Shown here: positions 33,508-44,949 of the stretch, piece by piece
How the letters are laid out: each line of letters starts with the position of its first letter
How positions within the stretch are numbered: position 1 is the stretch's first letter
Assembly: GCA_001661245.1 (NCBI GenBank)
Contig: KV454011.1
Span: 1,776,041 to 1,840,040, forward strand
Direction: 5' to 3'
Origin: Pachysolen tannophilus NRRL Y-2460
Taxonomy: Eukaryota
DNA: 64,000 nucleotides
Program-made: the position numbers and the translations under genes
The notes under the pieces: generated by a model
Told to the model about the DNA's origin: nothing
What the model saw: the letters and a program-made list of their open reading frames with translations, nothing else
The model's database searches: none

Positions 33508-34606
33508 CCAACAAACTGGCTTCACATCCGTTTTAACCAATCAAACTGGTATTCAACCTCAAGCAACAGGATTCAATCCAATTTTAGCGCAAGCCACCGG
33601 TTTGGGACAGCCGACAGCATTACCTCCTATGCCAACAGGAGGTTTGGTTCCACAGAAAACTGGAGGGTTGACAAACTTTTACAATAATTTTGTACCAAAT
33701 AATTCAGCAAACACTGTTACTTGGGCCATCACTAGAGAGGAAAAAGCAATTTTTGATGGTATTTACAATAATTGGGACAAGGATCACAAAGGCTATGTTG
33801 ATGGTAAAACAGCAGTCCAAATTTTCAGTCAATCAGGTCTAGCAAGACCAGATTTAGAGAAAATCTGGACTTTAAGTGACATAAACAATAGAGGAAAATT
33901 AAATAAAGATGAATTCGCAGTTGCCATGCATTTGGTCTATAGAAGATTGAATGGTTTGGATATTCCAAACTACTTACCCCAGGAGTTAATCCCTCCATCT
34001 ACTAAGGTATTGGACGATGTGAAATCTTCATTGAAAACTTCCACTTATGCTAAGAAACCCACCAAGTTACCAGCATCTATATCTTCAAATTTCAAAAACG
34101 ATGATAATGATGGATCTTTTTACGTTAGCAGAAACAGAAGAAAGAATACTCCTGAGAGAAAAGATGGACCACCAAGCTCAGACTCACAATCTAGTGATAA
34201 TCTGAATATGTCAATAGAAGACTTGAAGAAATCAATTCGTGAAAAACAAATTTTGTTGGATGCTATTGATGCTAAGGATGAAGATCAAGCTGTTAACAAC
34301 AATTATTTACTGCAGAAAAATTTGAATGAGATTGAAACCTTAAAAGTGAAGATTAGAGAGGCTCAAGATAAATTAATTTCATCTCTGACATCTTATTCAA
34401 TGGATAATCAGGAAAAAAATCAATTATTATCAAGGTTAAACTCTTTAACTGACAAACTTCCAAGGCTTTTATCTGAAGTAACGGCTGTGGATGAACAAAT
34501 CAGAAATTTAAAGATTGAAAAATTCAAGAAGCAGTTACAAAAAGAATCACCACATATCAAGTTTTTCGGATCAGAAGAAGAAAAACGTAAGGCAAAATCA
34601 AAATTA
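33508..34606 (+). CDS. PAN1: PAN1 middle segment (QxTG repeats, second EH domain, coiled coil) in inverted orientation
   Basis: The + strand encodes QQTG/QATG repeats and WAITREEKAIFD..QSGLARPDLEKIWTLSDINNRGKLNKDEFAVAMHLV, then SIEDLKKSIREKQILLDAID, ending at KRKAKSKL. Confidence 0.9.
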
Positions 34607-36006
34607 GGCTGTAAACCACCTGTTCTTTGTGGTTGTAAGTTTGGATTGTATCCTGTAGCTTGTGGAACCAACAGATTCTGACCACCAAAAGAGGTAGGTT
34701 GAGGAATCAAACTTGGATTATAACCTGTTCGCTGAGGGACTAATCCACCTGTCCTTTGAGGTTGCAATGAAGAGGTATTATAACCTGTTTGCTGAGGAAT
34801 TATCTGCTGCTGCTGCTGCTGCTGTTGTTGTTGTTGTTGTTGTTGTTGCTGAGGTACACTTCCAGTATTAAAAGATGTGGCTTGTGGTAAAATTCCAGTC
34901 TGTTGTGGAACCAATGCGCCCGTTGTTTGTGGTTGTAATCCCTGGTTGAACCCCGTTTGCTGGTGTGTCATTGCCCCAAATGAAGTAGTTGGAGGCAGTG
35001 GTATTAAATTTGCATTGAATCCTGTTTGTTGTGGAATTAAACCACCTGTTCTTTGAGATTGTAAGCCTGTTGCAAAACCAGTTTGTTGTGGTTGAATATT
35101 GAAACCTGTTTGCTGAGGTTGTTGAAATCCTGTTTGCTGAGATTGCATAACACCACCTGTTCTTTGCTGTCTAATATCATTACTGAAAGGAGTATTATTA
35201 GGAGGAGGATTACTCTCAGATCCTTCTCCAACACCAAAACTAATAAGATCAACAAAACTGCTGATTTCATTTTTCATCTTTGTTGGTAACTCGAACGGAA
35301 GTTTTTCACCTTTCAAGACAACATTACATAAATGTAACGCCAAAGCAAATTCAGGAAATAACAAATGACCCGATCTCGTTGTATCTGATAAAGCCCATAT
35401 TTCAGCCAATTGGGTCAGAGGTAAATTTGATCTCATCAAGATATCTCTTGCAGTGTTACCATCTATTGAATTTTCTCCCTTTGGTACAGATATCCTAAAT
35501 AAGTGTTCAAATTTTTGTTGGTCCTCAGGCGTAATGAACGAAATACGAATAGCTGGAATTTTCAACTCCGTATTTTCAACCTCTTGATATTGCTGTTGAT
35601 TTTGTTGTTGATTACCAAAAGTAGGTACTTGAGTTTGATATGACGCAACAGTATAGCCAGTAGGTTGGAACCCCAATAATTGATTCTGTTGTTGGGGCTG
35701 CTGCTGCTGCTGCGGCTGCTGTTGAGCATAACCAGTTGCCTGGCCACTCAATTGATTAAAATTATTGAATCCGCCGCCAATATTATTATTAACAGGATAT
35801 CCAGTAGGCTGAGAATTTAACGGTTGAAAATTATTATAACCCGTTCGCTGAGCTGTAATAAATCCAGTTTGTTGAGCATTCAATCCTCCAAAATTTTGCT
35901 GTACGGGCGCGCTTTGAAAATTAGTAAAGCCAGTTGGCTGTGATTGTAAAGGCGGTTGTTGCTGCTGATTATTGTTATTGAAACCTTGTTGTTGATAAGG
36001 AAACAT
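34607..36006 (-). CDS. PAN1: PAN1 5' segment (QxTG repeats, first EH domain)
   Basis: MFPYQQQ start, many QPTG/QRTG/QQTG repeats, IPAIRISFITPEDQQKFEHLF..LAEIWALSDTTRSGHLLFPEFALALHL. Confidence 0.92.
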
Positions 36007-36514
36007 ATTCAATTGCTAATTTTTTTTTAATGAAAACAAAAATAAATAAAAAACAAAAAAAAAAACAAAAAAAAAGAAGAAAAAAAAAAAGAAGAAGAAA
36101 TTAGAGAAACAGGTGAAAAAAAGATGCTGAATGAGCTTCGAAGTTGATAGAAAATAGTTTTAATTATATTATAAAATATATTAATCAATTCAATAGAATT
36201 GATCAACCTACATGATCAAAAATGAAATTCAAAAATAGCCAAGAGTCGTTAAGATACATGGGAGCTTTTTTGATTTATCGTACACGTCCACGGTTGTTAG
36301 CACCATTTTAGAAGAGAAAGATGGAAATAATCAAGAATGTTAACCGGTAAGAGGTTAGTTGACTGATGCCAGAAAATGTTAGATAAGGCTGAAGAGTTCA
36401 AGACAATGTGAGATCTTTAAGTTGAATCAATTGAGCTTATGGGTATTAATTGAAGCTTAAAAACTTGTTATTAAAACATATATATATAGCCGAAAGAAAA
36501 AAAAATAATGTAAT

Positions 36515-36604
36515 TGCGAATTCTGTGGATCGAACACAGGACCTTTAGATTGCAGCGCTTAGCACGTCTTCAGTCTAACGCTCTCCCAACTGAGCTAAAT
36601 CCGC
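36515..36604 (-). tRNA. tRNA-Phe(GAA) with a 17-nt intron (36551-36567)
   Basis: GCGGATTTAGCTCAGTTGGGAGAGCGTTAGACTGAAG-[ACGTGCTAAGCGCTGCA]-ATCTAAAGGTCCTGTGTTCGATCCACAGAATTCGCA; intron at the canonical 37/38 position. Confidence 0.97.
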
Positions 36605-37147
36605 TATACATTAGGTACAGTTTGCGCAGCTAATGTTTTTCACTATTCGATGATGTATATTTCTATCTATAGCTCATCTGCAGATGAGGACATAAAGCTG
36701 AAAAATTCAGTATTATTCATCACATTACTATGACAAGTGGGTTCTTATTGTCCTCATTGGGTTTCGTCTCCTAGGTAGTTTCACAAGTTAAGCTCTTGAA
36801 TTTTTTCCTTTTTCTTTTTTTTTTCTGAAAGATTCTGTCTGGAGATATAGATTTAGGGGTTTTTCCTTGCTTTGCTTTGGTAGAAAATAATGTTCGAAAT
36901 TAACTGTTTGAGAAACCACAATAATAACTTTTGATGTAGAAATATATGCTGCATGGAGTAGGAGAAGTACTCAGAGTACTTTAATTATCCCGCATGGTGA
37001 TAGAATACTAGATATGTGGTGGATTTAGTATCAGTTAATGAGAACCTAAAAGATAGTCTTTACAGTCAAAATATTTTTTATTTTTTGTTTTTTGATTTCG
37101 CCACAAGTGACAATAAACTTTACCAAAAACAATTTTTTCTATTTTCA

Positions 37148-38515
37148 TTATACATCAACTATTACTGGCTTGTAGTCATCATCATCTTCGTCATCTTCGT
37201 CATCGTCCTCAACTTTAATAAACATATTGAATTTAGAATTCAACACTCCTAGTAACTTTAAGGTCATTTTTTGGATCTCTTTTATTTCCTTGTCATTGCT
37301 TTCAATGTCATAAAATATAAATCTTTTAAAGTTATTGAATGTAGTTGTTAAACTTTTCAATTTCAAAATCAGTTCTTGTTCTTGTTCTCCATCTTCGACT
37401 AATTCAACTGGTAATTTGTTTAATTGTAATAATAATTTTTCTAAAAATAATATGTAAAAAATTTGATTTTCTTCAATAGCATTAAAACTCATCAAAATTA
37501 ATTTCACTAAATTAATCCATTGTTCTCCTGAGTTGAAATTATTCAAAATACATAAATTAATAAACGCAACTTGTAATTCTCCAATTAACCTATTCCAGCC
37601 ATATCCGCCAAACTGAGTCTCAACAAGATTCTTCAAATACCATGATTTATCCAAAGAATCTGCTGTTACTTGTTGTAATGAAGCATTTGGTCTTATAGTT
37701 TTCTTGAATTCTAAAGTTGTATATCTAAGTTCATTCGCTACTTCTGATTTCAAAGCTTTAATCATTGGATCATTTTCTAAATCCAGTGACAGTTGTTTAG
37801 TATTTACGTTATTTAATCTTTCGGAAGCAGAGTTGTATAAGGCAGTTAACAATTTTTCATTTTCTTCCTTGGAAGCATCCAATGTTGATAAAATACTACT
37901 AACTTGATTATTAAAAGTTGGTCTTCCTTGTTTAGGGAAAATTTCATTTATCAAGTCCATTGAAACATGAGAAATTTGTGATTTCCAATCTTGATTAGTA
38001 AAATTTTCCTGATTTGATAAAGTTGAATAATTAATCATGTATGAATAGTCATCTAACACATCTTTTTTCCACATTGTAAAATTTAATGAGTATTCATCTA
38101 CATCATCATCAACTTGTTCTATTTTCCTTTTATTTGTCTTAGTATTATCAAAAATCAACTCATTTTTTTTATCAAAAAGAAAAACTTTAAATTCTTCTAA
38201 ATTATTGTCCCATTGAAAGATGAACAAATCTCCTTCATGACAATTAATATAAAACCCAGCTCTTATTCCTAAAGACGTATTGACATAGTGAATAAAGTGC
38301 AAACCGGAATCTATTAACTTAATTCCTTTTAACTGTGTTAATTTTGAATTATTGGTTGTTGTAGATGAGCCTAAATCAAAAAAATTAAAATCAATGCCTA
38401 TTGCAAACGGAGCAAGAGTTTTTTGATTATCCAAATCATGAACAGCTGGTAAATTTTTTAACAAAATAGTTGTCCCCGGTAGGATATTATATCCGGAACT
38501 TGAAGATGGGCTCAT
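37148..38515 (-). CDS. AAR2: U5 snRNP assembly factor
   Basis: IGIDF..LKGIKLIDSGLHFIHY, VTADSLDKSWYL, LIGELQVAFINLCILNNFNSGEQW, acidic tail ending EDDDDYKPVIVDV. Confidence 0.88.
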   Translation of the reverse strand: MSPSSSSGYNILPGTTILLKNLPAVHDLDNQKTLAPFAIGIDFNFFDLGSSTTTNNSKLTQLKGIKLIDSGLHFIHYVNTSLGIRAGFYINCHEGDLFIFQWDNNLEEFKVFLFDKKNELIFDNTKTNKRKIEQVDDDVDEYSLNFTMWKKDVLDDYSYMINYSTLSNQENFTNQDWKSQISHVSMDLINEIFPKQGRPTFNNQVSSILSTLDASKEENEKLLTALYNSASERLNNVNTKQLSLDLENDPMIKALKSEVANELRYTTLEFKKTIRPNASLQQVTADSLDKSWYLKNLVETQFGGYGWNRLIGELQVAFINLCILNNFNSGEQWINLVKLILMSFNAIEENQIFYILFLEKLLLQLNKLPVELVEDGEQEQELILKLKSLTTTFNNFKRFIFYDIESNDKEIKEIQKMTLKLLGVLNSKFNMFIKVEDDDEDDEDDDDYKPVIVDV

Positions 38516-38558
38516 TATCAAAAAAATAACGAGAAGAGTACTAATACATTTTTAAATA

Positions 38559-38592
<34 letters not shown>

Positions 38593-39222
38593 CGGTTGAG
38601 CCTCACACATACATCATCATGTTAAAATAGAAATCAACTAATAAATTACAATACAACATTACTTAAAAAGAAAATCTACTTGGTTTAATTTGTTTTCGAT
38701 TGGAACTCTTTTTTTATTAACTGAAAAAAAAAAGATAGAAAAATAAGAGAAAGTATTAAATCAAAATAATTATAAAAAAATATCAATTTAATCACCTTAC
38801 CAAGGAAAAACTTGTTTGAAAATAAAAAGATAAACCGATATTAGAAAGCTCTCTCACCTTCTTTCTAAAACCAATTGATATCAATTACTCTCAGTAGTAT
38901 CCTAAGCAGTTGATTAAATTGTGAAATTAAACAATTAAAATGGTTGTCGTTTGCTGTTGTTATCATTGTTGGTCTTTTTATCCTTAAAACGGGAAAAAAA
39001 TGTTTCTTCAAAAAATTGAAAGAAAGGAAAAAAAAAAAAAAAAAATATAATAAAATTATAAAATTATCTATTAAACTGGTGGTTCGAGATATCACTCTTT
39101 CTTCATTCACTTCTAAATCATTCTTCTTCTTCTTCTTCTTCTTCTCCTTATTATTATTATATTATTATTATTATTATTATTATAATTATTAAAACACAAA
39201 AGCTAAATTTCTCTCTTTATAT

Positions 39223-39909
39223 TTACATTAATAACATCACACCGACTGCAATGGCTGAACCCAAAGTCAATCCGACGGTGCCTTCATGTAAACCAGCAGC
39301 TCCTGCGGAAGAAGAAGCAGAAGCAGAAGCAGAACTGGAAGAATTGCTACTTACAGAAGCAGCATAAACTTGCTTAAAGACAACTTCATCTGCTTCAACT
39401 TGTGGAGTGACTTGAACATAAACTGTTGAAGTTGAAGGATTCTTTGTATGGTTGAATTTACCATATTTATGAGTACCTGTAGAACTTGAAGTTGAAGACA
39501 GCTTTGTATGGTTAAATTTACCATATCTATGAGTTCCAGTTGAACTTGAAGTTGAAGACAGCTTTGTATGATTAAATTTACCATACTTGTGAGTACCTGT
39601 AGAACTTGAAGTTGATGAAGCCTTTGTATGATTAAATTTACCATACCTGTGTGTTCCAGTTGAACTTGAAGTTGAAGACAGCTTTGTATGGTTGAATTTA
39701 CCATACTTGTGAGTACCTGTCGAACTTGAAGTTGGAGCAGCTTTTGTATGATTGAATCTACCATATTTATGGGTATAAGAAGCAGCAGTTCCAGTTTTAG
39801 TAACTGTAACTACTATCTGACCATCTCCCGCTGGTGCTGGGGCAGCTAAAGAATTAGCAGCATTAAGTGCAATTACACCACCAACAATAGCAACTGAAGA
39901 AACTTTCAT
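39223..39909 (-). CDS. GPI-anchored cell-wall hydrophilin (YNL190W/Pga14 family)
   Basis: Signal peptide, six THKYGKFNHTK-type repeats, and a C-terminal GPI signal (AGAAG..TLGSAIAVGVMLLM). Confidence 0.88.
   Translation of the reverse strand: MKVSSVAIVGGVIALNAANSLAAPAPAGDGQIVVTVTKTGTAASYTHKYGRFNHTKAAPTSSSTGTHKYGKFNHTKLSSTSSSTGTHRYGKFNHTKASSTSSSTGTHKYGKFNHTKLSSTSSSTGTHRYGKFNHTKLSSTSSSTGTHKYGKFNHTKNPSTSTVYVQVTPQVEADEVVFKQVYAASVSSNSSSSASASASSSAGAAGLHEGTVGLTLGSAIAVGVMLLM
39440..39775 (-). repeat. 60-bp coding tandem repeat, about 5.5 copies
   Basis: Sequence lines 39481-39780 align with period 60 (gaacttgaagttga..ctttgtatg..aatttaccata). Confidence 0.95.
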
Positions 39910-41377
39910 TTCCCACTATTCACACAACTCACTCAACTTCTAATTAGATTAAAAAGAAGAATGATTGATGGATTGATCGAAACAAAGCCCAACAAGAAGA
40001 TTTTGACAATATTTAAAAAAAAAAATAAAAAAAAAAAAAAAATAATAATAATAATAAGAATAGAAAAAAAAGAAAATTAATTCAAAATTATAATGATTAT
40101 ACTACCATGTACTTTTTGTTATTATTTTGGTTTTCCATCTTGTGGAAATTTTACCTGCTTGGGCGAAATTGGAATTGAGAAAATTTTCACCTTTTCGTTA
40201 AAATTAAAAAATAAAAGGGCAAACAGTCGGGCGGCAGAAAATAGCAGAAAAAAAAAAAGAGAAAAAAAAATTTTTTTCCCGCAAAAATATATAGTAAAGT
40301 AAAGAAAAAAAAACGGAAATAAAGCTTTTATTTCCTAATTTGGACTTAAGTACGAAATTTTTTTATTTTTTTTCTTTTTTTTTCTTTTTCTTCTTTAGCA
40401 ATGGGCAAAACGGGAAAAAACGGGTCAACAGTGGACCGTAACCATTTGTTGACGAGAGGACTAATTGGGAAACGGAAACGACCAGTACTAATTTTCTATT
40501 TCAAACAACAAAACAAACAAAACAAACAAACAAACAAACAAAAACAATATGGGTAACAATTTGTAACAATGTATTTTGTTCGTCCGGCACTACTTTCTTA
40601 GCTTTGCTTACCCTACAAAGCTGGCTAGAAAACTAGCTTTCTAGCTAGCCCTAAAAAAACAAGAAAAAGGGATAGTCAGTTGACTTGACTTGACTTGACT
40701 TTACTTGACTTGAGTTTTTTTCTTTCTACGCACTACCTGGCTTGCACTACTACTACTACTACTACAAAAAAAAGAAAACAGCCCAAACCGGTTGAATTCA
40801 TTATCTATAATGCTAAAAAAATAAACCCCAACAATGCTTTGCTTAGTCCTCCTACCTAATAGTTACAAAAGGGGTAAACATTTACAAAAAAATTAAAATT
40901 AACAAAAAGAGGAAAAAAGACAAGAAAAAATAAATATGTATATAAAATGATATGTGTAAAAAGGAAAAGAGAGAGAAAGAGAGAATAAAGAGAAAAAAAG
41001 AGAGATAACAAATGACTAAAAAATGATAATAAAAAGTTCTTGGAGAGAGAAAAAGAAAAAAAAAAAAAAAAAAAAAATTAAAAAGATTAAAAGATAAGAG
41101 TAATGCTAAAAGAGATTTTAAAATGAAAAGAAAACTAAGAAAATAAAAAAAAAAAAATAATAATAATAGTAATAAAAATAATAATAAAAAAAAAAAAAAA
41201 AAAAGAAAAAGATAACGACAACCACTCATACATACAACAACAACAAGCATACCTCTTTCACCACAATCAAACAGAAAAGAAATTTTTTTATTTCAATAAA
41301 CCCACTTAATCTTTTAAAAAATTAAAATTCAATTTCAAAAAAAAAAGGGGCAAAATAGAAAAATATAAATTTAAAAA

Positions 41378-43015
41378 TTAATTAAAATCAAAGTTTCCTT
41401 GACCTTGTTGTTGAACACCAAATCCAAAGGTATCACCACTTTGTTCAGGAGCCAAGTTTACATCTTCTAAATCACCATCTTCTTCACTGAAATATTTTTC
41501 TATAATGTTATAGGCCTTTTCATAAATCTTTTCATTTTCATTATTTTGACAATCAAAGATTTTTTCCATTCCTCCAGCTTCTTCAATATACATTGCATTT
41601 TCATTAATTGTTGAGCCTCTAGCTTCTTTATCCATTTCACCCATCTTCAAAATATTTTCTAATGCATCTAATGCAACTTCAATGATTCTATTATCTGCTA
41701 CAGATAATAAATCACATAATGGTTTTATACAACCTTGACTTACTAAATAACGAATTTGATCAGGTCTTGATAGTCCACCACTTGATGCATTAGATATAGC
41801 CCAACAAGCTTCTTTCTTAGTTTTATAATCACCTGTAGCAAGAGCTCTTATAACTGGAGGAATTAAATTACTATCAATAACTGCTTGAATTTGTTCAGTA
41901 TTACCTGCTGTAATATTTGAAATTGTCCAACATGCTTCTTTTCTAATAGTTTCCTTTGGAGAACTTAATAATGGTAATAATGCAGGTAAAACACCACAAT
42001 TAATAACAATTTGAGTTTGCATATCATTACCAGTGACAATATTACCAACAGCACGTAAAGCTGGAGTTTGAACTAAAGTTGATTCATGACCTAATAATTC
42101 AACTAATCTTTTAGGAATTCTAGCATCAACAACAGCTTGAATTGCTTCAGTAGGACCATCTGATAAATATGAAATTGCCCAACAAGCATCAATTAAACTT
42201 TCAACATCTACTGAATAAATCAATTTTGCTAAAGTAGGTAAAGCAGCACTAACAATATTCCAATCTGGTGGTGGATTATTACCTCTACATAAATTTGATA
42301 AAGTCCATGTTGCAGTTCTAATCAATGATGTCTTTGCAGAAGAAAATAATGATAAAACAGGTCCCATAGCACCACAATTTAAAACATAATCTCTATAATT
42401 TGTAGAATCACCAGAAACATTACCAAGAGCCCAAATAGCTTGTTCTTTAACTTCCATTGAAGGTGAATATAATAAATTAACAATGATTGGTACAGCACCT
42501 GATTCAACAACAACTTTTGTTTGATCAGAACTACCAGAAGCAATATTTGTTAATGCCCAAGCAGCTTCTAATTGTAATAATTCTCTTTGATCTTTCATCA
42601 ATTCAACCAATATTGGAACCACTCCACTCTGTATAACTAAATCAATTGGTGGATTATGCTCCCTAGATAAAATTTGTCTAAATTTAACAGTAGCAGCTAA
42701 TTGATTATCAAATTCACTTGAAGTAATTTGTTCCATCATTCTTGGTAATTCTTGTTGTAATTGCTTATAAAACGCGTTATCATCATTCAAGTCACTTTCA
42801 TCTTCCGAATCATCTCCAGTGGATGAAGCAGCAACAGAATGATTAATCAAGTTTCTTCTCTTTGCTAACGCCTTTTCATCTCTTTTCTGTTTTCTTAATT
42901 CAACCAGCTGAGTTTCTCTACGTCTTCTTAATTCATCTTGCATAAATCTATTCTTATTTTTAAAATTCGTCCTCCTATATTCTGGAACAAATCTGGACGT
43001 TGTATCTGAATCCAT
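41378..43015 (-). CDS. SRP1: Importin alpha (karyopherin alpha)
   Basis: IBB domain [19 protein letters not shown] and ARM repeats [37 protein letters not shown]. Confidence 0.98.
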   Translation of the reverse strand: MDSDTTSRFVPEYRRTNFKNKNRFMQDELRRRRETQLVELRKQKRDEKALAKRRNLINHSVAASSTGDDSEDESDLNDDNAFYKQLQQELPRMMEQITSSEFDNQLAATVKFRQILSREHNPPIDLVIQSGVVPILVELMKDQRELLQLEAAWALTNIASGSSDQTKVVVESGAVPIIVNLLYSPSMEVKEQAIWALGNVSGDSTNYRDYVLNCGAMGPVLSLFSSAKTSLIRTATWTLSNLCRGNNPPPDWNIVSAALPTLAKLIYSVDVESLIDACWAISYLSDGPTEAIQAVVDARIPKRLVELLGHESTLVQTPALRAVGNIVTGNDMQTQIVINCGVLPALLPLLSSPKETIRKEACWTISNITAGNTEQIQAVIDSNLIPPVIRALATGDYKTKKEACWAISNASSGGLSRPDQIRYLVSQGCIKPLCDLLSVADNRIIEVALDALENILKMGEMDKEARGSTINENAMYIEEAGGMEKIFDCQNNENEKIYEKAYNIIEKYFSEEDGDLEDVNLAPEQSGDTFGFGVQQQGQGNFDFN

Positions 43016-43473
43016 CTTGTACTTATTATATTATATTATATTATATTATATTGTATTGTACGTTATACCTTTAATTGATGATGGCAAAAAAAACAAAAAA
43101 AAAAAAAAAAAATTAAAAAAATTAAAAAAAGAGCAAATACAAATAAAACAAACTGAAACTGATTTAAAAGAGATTGATTAAACCTAGTTGAATTAATTGA
43201 AATCAATAAACAAACAAGAAAATAAAACACTAGATCCCACTTCAGATTGTTATAAGATAAAATATATATATATAATAAAATTAAAAAAAGAAAAAACAAA
43301 AAAAAAAAAAAAAAATTCAACTGAATAAAATATATAATATAATTAACGCTGATGCTTTTTTTTTAATAAAAACAATATTTTATTTGTAGTCTTTTTTGTT
43401 AAAATTTTTATTTTCTTTGTGATTAATCGAATTTTTTTTTCTTTTTTTTTCTTTTTTTTTTTTTTCTTTACAA

Positions 43474-43517
43474 TTTTAGGGGGCTTTCTTTAGAGATTGT
43501 TTTAGGGCTTTCTTTAG
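43474..43517 (+). promoter_or_regulatory. Duplicated TTAGGG-containing motif (Tbf1-like) in a divergent promoter
   Basis: TTTTAGGGGGCTTTCTTTAG and TTTTAGGGCTTTCTTTAG in direct repeat beside a poly(dT) tract. Confidence 0.4.
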
Positions 43518-43922
43518 TTCTGGCTTTGATTAACTGACTGATTGACTTTTTACTCAGGAGTCTAGTAATAGTTAAATTACTGGTTCTTAAAGGAGAGTAG
43601 AATAATCGTATATGTAAAATATAAAAGTGTTTTTCTGATGATAATCAATAATGATTTTTGCCATCTTTATTTGTCTTGATAATTGGTTCAAGTTATTTTT
43701 TCTATTCAATAAGGAACTTCTGGGGCTGTATGAAGTTTTTCTTGGCCAAAAAAAAAATCAATTAATGGCTGTCTGGCCGCCCCTTTTATTCATTTGCATT
43801 ATAAAGATAAGTAAGGTCAAAATCATTCATTTATATTGGTATTTAATATATTTTTCAACTATAAGATTTAACGGATTAATAAGTGTTTTTTTTTTTAAAA
43901 AAATAAAAAAAAAAAATTCTCA

Positions 43923-44729
43923 ATGTTTTCTAAAAGTGTATGGCTTGAACTGAGATTAGGGTCAGGGTTATTTCCATCAACTTTACAAACTAGGGTTTTT
44001 CCACCAAAAATTGGAATTTTAAAATCATGGTTTCATTCAAGTTTTATAATTAATAAATCTGTATCGGCGTCTAAGGATATAGAATTAGATTCTGATGATT
44101 TAAAATATGAAATTTCTCAAAAAAAGGAAATTGTAGCTTATAAAACAGCAGGTTTAAATATTTTCAATACTAAAAAATTACCTCTGAATTTAAGGAAATC
44201 ATTTGAACCAATTTATATTGGACCATTAAGTAATTTTATTGCAACTTCTAAAAGAGTTTCAATTGTATTTGGTATAGTTGGATTATATTTATCTAAATTG
44301 ATGTTAGATATTGGTATTTTCAATGAAACTTTAATTTACCTGATGGCAGGATTTAGTTCTTTACCTTACCCTTTGGTCCAATATTTAACATCATCTTATG
44401 TATCAGCAATTTATAGAATTTATGATAAGACTAAACCACAAACTTTAGAAAATTTAATAACTAATGAAATGCTTATATTTGAAAAAATAAATTGGTCAGG
44501 AAGAAAATCTTTTAATAATTTAGTTAAAGTTGATGATAGAAATTTTAAATTATTAGAAAAGGAGAATACAAAATTTGGTTGGTGTAATTGGCAATCAACA
44601 GACCCAGATAATGGTATATTAAGAAAATATTACATTACAGATGATGTTGGAGGAATTAAAATGGATAGAATATGGGGCATTGTTGAAAGAAATAGTGGAG
44701 TGGATAACGGAAGAACTTTTGAAAAATAA
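43923..44729 (+). CDS. Probable mitochondrial inner-membrane protein, possibly TMEM70-like
   Basis: Presequence-like N-terminus, PIYIGPLS..KRVSIVFG, two TM helices, YVSAIYRIY, GGIKMDRIWGIVE. Confidence 0.7.
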   Translation: MFSKSVWLELRLGSGLFPSTLQTRVFPPKIGILKSWFHSSFIINKSVSASKDIELDSDDLKYEISQKKEIVAYKTAGLNIFNTKKLPLNLRKSFEPIYIGPLSNFIATSKRVSIVFGIVGLYLSKLMLDIGIFNETLIYLMAGFSSLPYPLVQYLTSSYVSAIYRIYDKTKPQTLENLITNEMLIFEKINWSGRKSFNNLVKVDDRNFKLLEKENTKFGWCNWQSTDPDNGILRKYYITDDVGGIKMDRIWGIVERNSGVDNGRTFEK

Positions 44730-44743
44730 CTTAAAAGCAACAC

Positions 44744-44783
<40 letters not shown>

Positions 44784-44949
44784 TTCTATTAGTATTTAAT
44801 ATATTAGAGATTACCTCAATTTTGTAATTTAGTAGTATCAACTGATTTACGTGCAAAATTATATATATATATATATATGTATATTTTTTTTGGTACAATT
44901 TGAACTTTTCATGAATATTACCGTTTATCAAAAATAATTAATAAAGAAT

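Noticed and set aside
33374..34681. Independent 435-aa EH-domain gene nested antisense between two others
   Set aside because: Its first ~44 and last ~24 codons are antisense of flanking PAN1 sequence; the core is the inverted PAN1 middle.
39440..39775. Regular repeat array as a CRISPR candidate
   Set aside because: Eukaryotic context, no unique spacers, and the repeat is an in-frame 20-aa protein repeat.
40440..41370. (CAAA)n, (GACTT)n, (CTA)n and A-rich tracts, plus a Phe/Leu-rich ORF at 40882-41250
   Set aside because: Ordinary microsatellite and homopolymer intergenic DNA; the ORF is a low-complexity artefact.
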